Origin: Tubulanus polymorphus
Lineage: Eukaryota > Animalia > Nemertea
Assembly: GCF_964204645.1 (NCBI RefSeq)
Contig: NC_134032.1
Span: 9,722,275-9,786,274, forward strand
Length of the DNA stretch: 64,000 nucleotides
Direction: 5' to 3'
Below, in pieces: positions 60,672 to 64,000 of this stretch. The translations under genes and the position numbers were made by a program. A model generated the notes under the pieces. It worked only from the letters and a program-made list of their open reading frames with translations. It had not been told where the DNA came from and did no database searches. How positions within the stretch are numbered: position 1 is the stretch's first letter; each line of letters begins with the position of its first letter.

Positions 60672-61742
60672 TTAATTTTCATTTTCATATTTTTCTTTAA
60701 GCTCATTGTATTCAAAATATATATCCCTTTGTATTTTTATTGATATAATTCCTGAACGATTCCCGAGTTTATATTTATAGAATTTTGCTCTTGAAAATAT
60801 TTTTGGAATATAATTTTCGATTTCAGTTTTAGATGGATGTTTATTTAAAAATTCTCTAAAATCATCATATTTAAGTTCAAATAAGTTCATTGCATAACTT
60901 ACATTTGGTTTAAAGTTATCTAACTTTTTCAATATGGTAACTATATCATTACTCGAGAAATAATCTATAAATGTTTTTCTATACCACCGATAATCTAATA
61001 TATTATTATTATTAAATTTTGGATTTATAACTCTTGGATCTTCTATAACACTATCTGTACCAATATGTTTAATTGAGTATTTATGATTCAATTGTTTATC
61101 ATATATTACATATTCTTTACATTTTTCACACCAAGATTTAAATACTTTTATTGCATGGGCTGAATCATTTCCACTTTTTGTTTTTAATTTATAATGTTTT
61201 GCCCAATTAGCCTTTGTTATACATTCATTACAGAAAGCACAATAATTCTGATCCTCTTTACATTTATCTTTATATATATTGGCATATGTTTTTACTAATT
61301 GTAAAATATGTTCATCTTTTTTGATGTGTAATAAATAATCATTATAATTATCAAAATCTTCTTCACAATACATACATCTGATGTTATCTTTTGGTTGAAC
61401 ATTTGATTTTTCTATTTTAGGTTCAATATTATGTTCTATTTTAGGTTCAATATTATCATCATCATTCGATGTAGAAGGTATAACATTATCTTCTATTTTA
61501 GGTTCAATATTATTATCTATTTTTGTTTCAATATTATCTTTTATTTTAGGTTCAATATTATCTTCTATTTTTATATCAATATTATTATTACGTTCAATTA
61601 AATATTCTTTGTATTGATTTAATTCATTTAATAAAAATGTTCCAATATATTCATTTATTCTTTTATAAGGTATTACATAATACAAATCATCATTGATTTC
61701 TTTATCAGCTTTGATTCTTTCATATACTTTACCTCCTTCCAT
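60672..61742 (-). CDS. Viral multi-zinc-finger protein with NIEPKIED repeats
   Basis: CMYC...HIKKDEH, CAFC...HYK and CEKC...HKYSIKH fingers; 8-aa tandem repeats; TAAATG start. Confidence 0.8.
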   Translation of the reverse strand: MEGGKVYERIKADKEINDDLYYVIPYKRINEYIGTFLLNELNQYKEYLIERNNNIDIKIEDNIEPKIKDNIETKIDNNIEPKIEDNVIPSTSNDDDNIEPKIEHNIEPKIEKSNVQPKDNIRCMYCEEDFDNYNDYLLHIKKDEHILQLVKTYANIYKDKCKEDQNYCAFCNECITKANWAKHYKLKTKSGNDSAHAIKVFKSWCEKCKEYVIYDKQLNHKYSIKHIGTDSVIEDPRVINPKFNNNNILDYRWYRKTFIDYFSSNDIVTILKKLDNFKPNVSYAMNLFELKYDDFREFLNKHPSKTEIENYIPKIFSRAKFYKYKLGNRSGIISIKIQRDIYFEYNELKEKYENEN

Positions 61743-61774
61743 TTATTATATATATTTTTATTAAAGTTAAAATT

Positions 61775-63022
61775 TTAATACATAACACTATCTAATTGTG
61801 AATTTAGAATATTTAATTGCGCGTCAGATATAATATAAATATGCATTTTAAAATTTTTAATTCCCTTTTTCTTTGTCATGAATAATTGTATTCCATCTTT
61901 TGTATTTTGTAGTTTTTTTCCAGAACCATGTAATGAATTATCCTCTGTTGTTCTAAAATCTAACCATAATGCATATTTATTACCGGTATAATAATCAATT
62001 TGATTAATGTTACAATTTTCAAATGATTTTACTTTTTCATTCATAAAATGTTTTTTAATTTCTACCCATTGATCTATCATTCTCATTCCTTGACAAAATA
62101 TTTTATTCGCTATTCCTTCGATAGTTATTTCTACTTTTGTTATTTCAGGATTATAATAATTATCAACATTTATTGCACCATTAGTATACGTTCCAATAGT
62201 AAAAAATATTAATATACCTTTAATAGATCTTCTAGGAAAGTTAATATTCTCATTTATTATTTCATCATTTGCATTAATAGTAACAGTTTTAAATTTATCA
62301 ATATAATCATATAATAATGAAAACCCTTGATTGTATTTAGTTTGAATTATACTTGAAATATTTTCATCAGTTACTGTATCATATTCTAAACATATATTCG
62401 ATAATTTATAACTCATATCTTTATTAACACTAGATATTACAATTTCATTTACAGGAGCAAATGTTATTTCGAATATAATATCTTCTTGAATTGCGTATTT
62501 ATATAAAGGTGCATTATTATTTATCAATTCAAAGTCTAATGGAATTTTATATTTGCTTCCATATATACTTTTAATCAATTTATCTACATCATTAGTTAAT
62601 ATTGCGCTATTAGCTTCTGATCTTAATTTATTTTGGTTTTCTGATTGAATTCCTTGAAATATCATATTATTTCTATTTTCTTTAGTTAACCACAAATCTT
62701 TATAATGCATAAATAAATTATAATCATCTAATGAGAAAACTGTTTCTGGACCAATCTTTATTGTTAACTTTTTAATCAAATATCTTCCAACATTATCAAC
62801 GACATAATTATTATTATTACCGATTACTTTTATATCAGCTGATAAATAAATACTGTTTGGAACATAAAAAGTATTTTGTGTTAATCTAGGAATTCTAACG
62901 TATAAAGTTTCATCGGGATTGATATTAGAAGGGTTATGAGTAATTATATGATGTGATCTTTCTGCTTTAATAGCATTAGATATTCTATGATTCTTAGAAG
63001 GATTGATATAACTCCCACTCAT
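61775..63022 (-). CDS. Probable major capsid protein (double jelly-roll)
   Basis: 415 aa, beta-strand-rich, next to the packaging ATPase and integrase. Motifs ITHNPSNINPDETLYVRIPRL, NVGRYLIKKLTIK, LSNICLEYD and YALWLDFRTTEDNSLHGSG recall capsid-like ORFs of invertebrate Polinton-like elements; needs profile/structure confirmation. Confidence 0.75.
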   Translation of the reverse strand: MSGSYINPSKNHRISNAIKAERSHHIITHNPSNINPDETLYVRIPRLTQNTFYVPNSIYLSADIKVIGNNNNYVVDNVGRYLIKKLTIKIGPETVFSLDDYNLFMHYKDLWLTKENRNNMIFQGIQSENQNKLRSEANSAILTNDVDKLIKSIYGSKYKIPLDFELINNNAPLYKYAIQEDIIFEITFAPVNEIVISSVNKDMSYKLSNICLEYDTVTDENISSIIQTKYNQGFSLLYDYIDKFKTVTINANDEIINENINFPRRSIKGILIFFTIGTYTNGAINVDNYYNPEITKVEITIEGIANKIFCQGMRMIDQWVEIKKHFMNEKVKSFENCNINQIDYYTGNKYALWLDFRTTEDNSLHGSGKKLQNTKDGIQLFMTKKKGIKNFKMHIYIISDAQLNILNSQLDSVMY

Positions 63023-63046
63023 TTATTTAACAAAAAAATTAATTAT

Positions 63047-64000
63047 TTATTTTTTGATATTTTTTGATATCATATTTACTAAACCAAAAATAATAGCACT
63101 TACAACTGTAATTAAAAATAAAATAATATGTTCAGCAGCAAAGTTAATAATGTTTCCTGCAGATTTCAATATAAAACCAACAATTGAAGCAATAACTCCT
63201 GGTAAAGCTGCAGCAGATTTCTTTGATAGTTCCCATAAATATTTTGCTAATTTCTTTAAACCATCTTTAACTTTATCTTGTATAGAATTATTACCTGGAG
63301 GTTTATCTGGTTTATTGGGAGTAGGAGTAGATTTTAAAGCATTTGATATTGCTAAACCAATTGTTGTAAATACCATAGTTACAGCTGTTAGAATTGAAAG
63401 AATTGTTATTCCTTCTAATTCAAATAATAACTTTATTCTGTCTTTTAATGATATTTCAGAATTTGGTTTAATCAACAAATCTTTAAAAATAACTTTTAAT
63501 CTATTAATATTATAATCATATGATTTTAATAATAATTTAATTTCTTCTTTTTGTAATTCTATGTTATATTCTAAATCATCTTTTTCTTTTTCTAAATATG
63601 CATTTCTTTTTTTAAATTCAATTTCTTCAATAACTTTATTATCTCTATCTAATTTTAATTGTTCAATTTCTTTTCTTGATTTTAATAATTCATCTTCTAA
63701 AGTTCTAATTTTTAAATCTCTTATACTTTTATCATGCGCAATTTTTTCAGATGCAAGTCTTATACTAATAATTTCTCTAATTGCTTTATCAGAAAATATA
63801 TCTAAATCTTCTAATTCTTGATCTGTTGCATCAAGTAACCCATTCGGTAAAAGTTTTCAATTGGAACTTTATTTGATTTAGGTTTACTAGTTTTGGAAGT
63901 TTTATTCAGTAAGTTATCTAAACGTTTTTCTAATTGTGATTGACTTAAATCATTATCAATTTGTTGAGTGTCTCTTCTCGATGTTTCCGGTGTTGAAGAT
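63047..64000 (-). pseudogene. Coiled-coil protein with C-terminal hydrophobic/amphipathic helices; apparent frameshift near 63850; 5' end beyond the window
   Basis: The frame is open from 63856 to the stop at 63047 (KLLPNGLLDATDQELEDL...SLKDRIKLLFELEGITILSILTAV...) without an N-terminal ATG. Upstream sequence 63999-63850 is open in the adjacent frame (SSTPETSRRD...KVPIENF). Confidence 0.7.

Larger units (their letters stand above)
54266..64000. mobile_element. Endogenous Polinton/Maverick-like virus (adintovirus/PLV type), right part beyond the window
   Basis: Abrupt shift to very AT-rich, intronless, tightly packed ORFs encoding rve integrase, packaging ATPase and capsid protein. The left edge starts with AGT (Polinton-type terminus); the exact boundary is inferred. 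Confidence 0.9.

Noticed and set aside
63054-63821. Plus-strand ORFs 63054-63515 and 63561-63821 (also minus-strand 57961-58179)
   Set aside because: Antisense shadows of the real viral genes.

Overview
Eukaryotic (bilaterian invertebrate-type) genomic DNA, repeat-rich, with four main parts. (1) The 5' end of a Shaw/Kv3 potassium-channel gene on the minus strand (T1-domain exon 8028-8534 plus likely non-coding upstream exons), followed by ~25 kb of non-coding DNA with MITEs and minisatellites. (2) A complete 17-coding-exon WDR48/UAF1 gene (minus, 35776-44466, 681 aa as reconstructed by hand), with transposon remnants and a pair of hammerhead-ribozyme motifs in its introns. (3) A 5.6-kb non-autonomous long-TIR transposon (Sola-like) carrying 60-bp satellite arrays and nested insertions, a LINE remnant, and a small spliced gene only partly visible in the ORF track. 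That gene encodes a 63-aa secreted precursor (signal peptide, acidic pro-part, KR, 35-aa six-Cys peptide) resembling sea-anemone APETx/BDS beta-defensin-fold toxins but with a shifted cysteine. (4) From ~54.27 kb to the window end, an AT-rich, intronless endogenous Polinton/Maverick-like virus: rve-chromodomain integrase, A32-type packaging ATPase, major capsid protein, HNH nuclease, Zn-finger and membrane proteins. It has unusual cis-features: a poxvirus-late-promoter-like TAAATG at 6 of 8 gene starts, a 406-bp fold-back at its left edge, a second large intergenic fold-back, and a tandem array of covarying hairpins with GCGCATGCGC motifs. No DNA polymerase gene is inside the window, and the element continues past position 64000.
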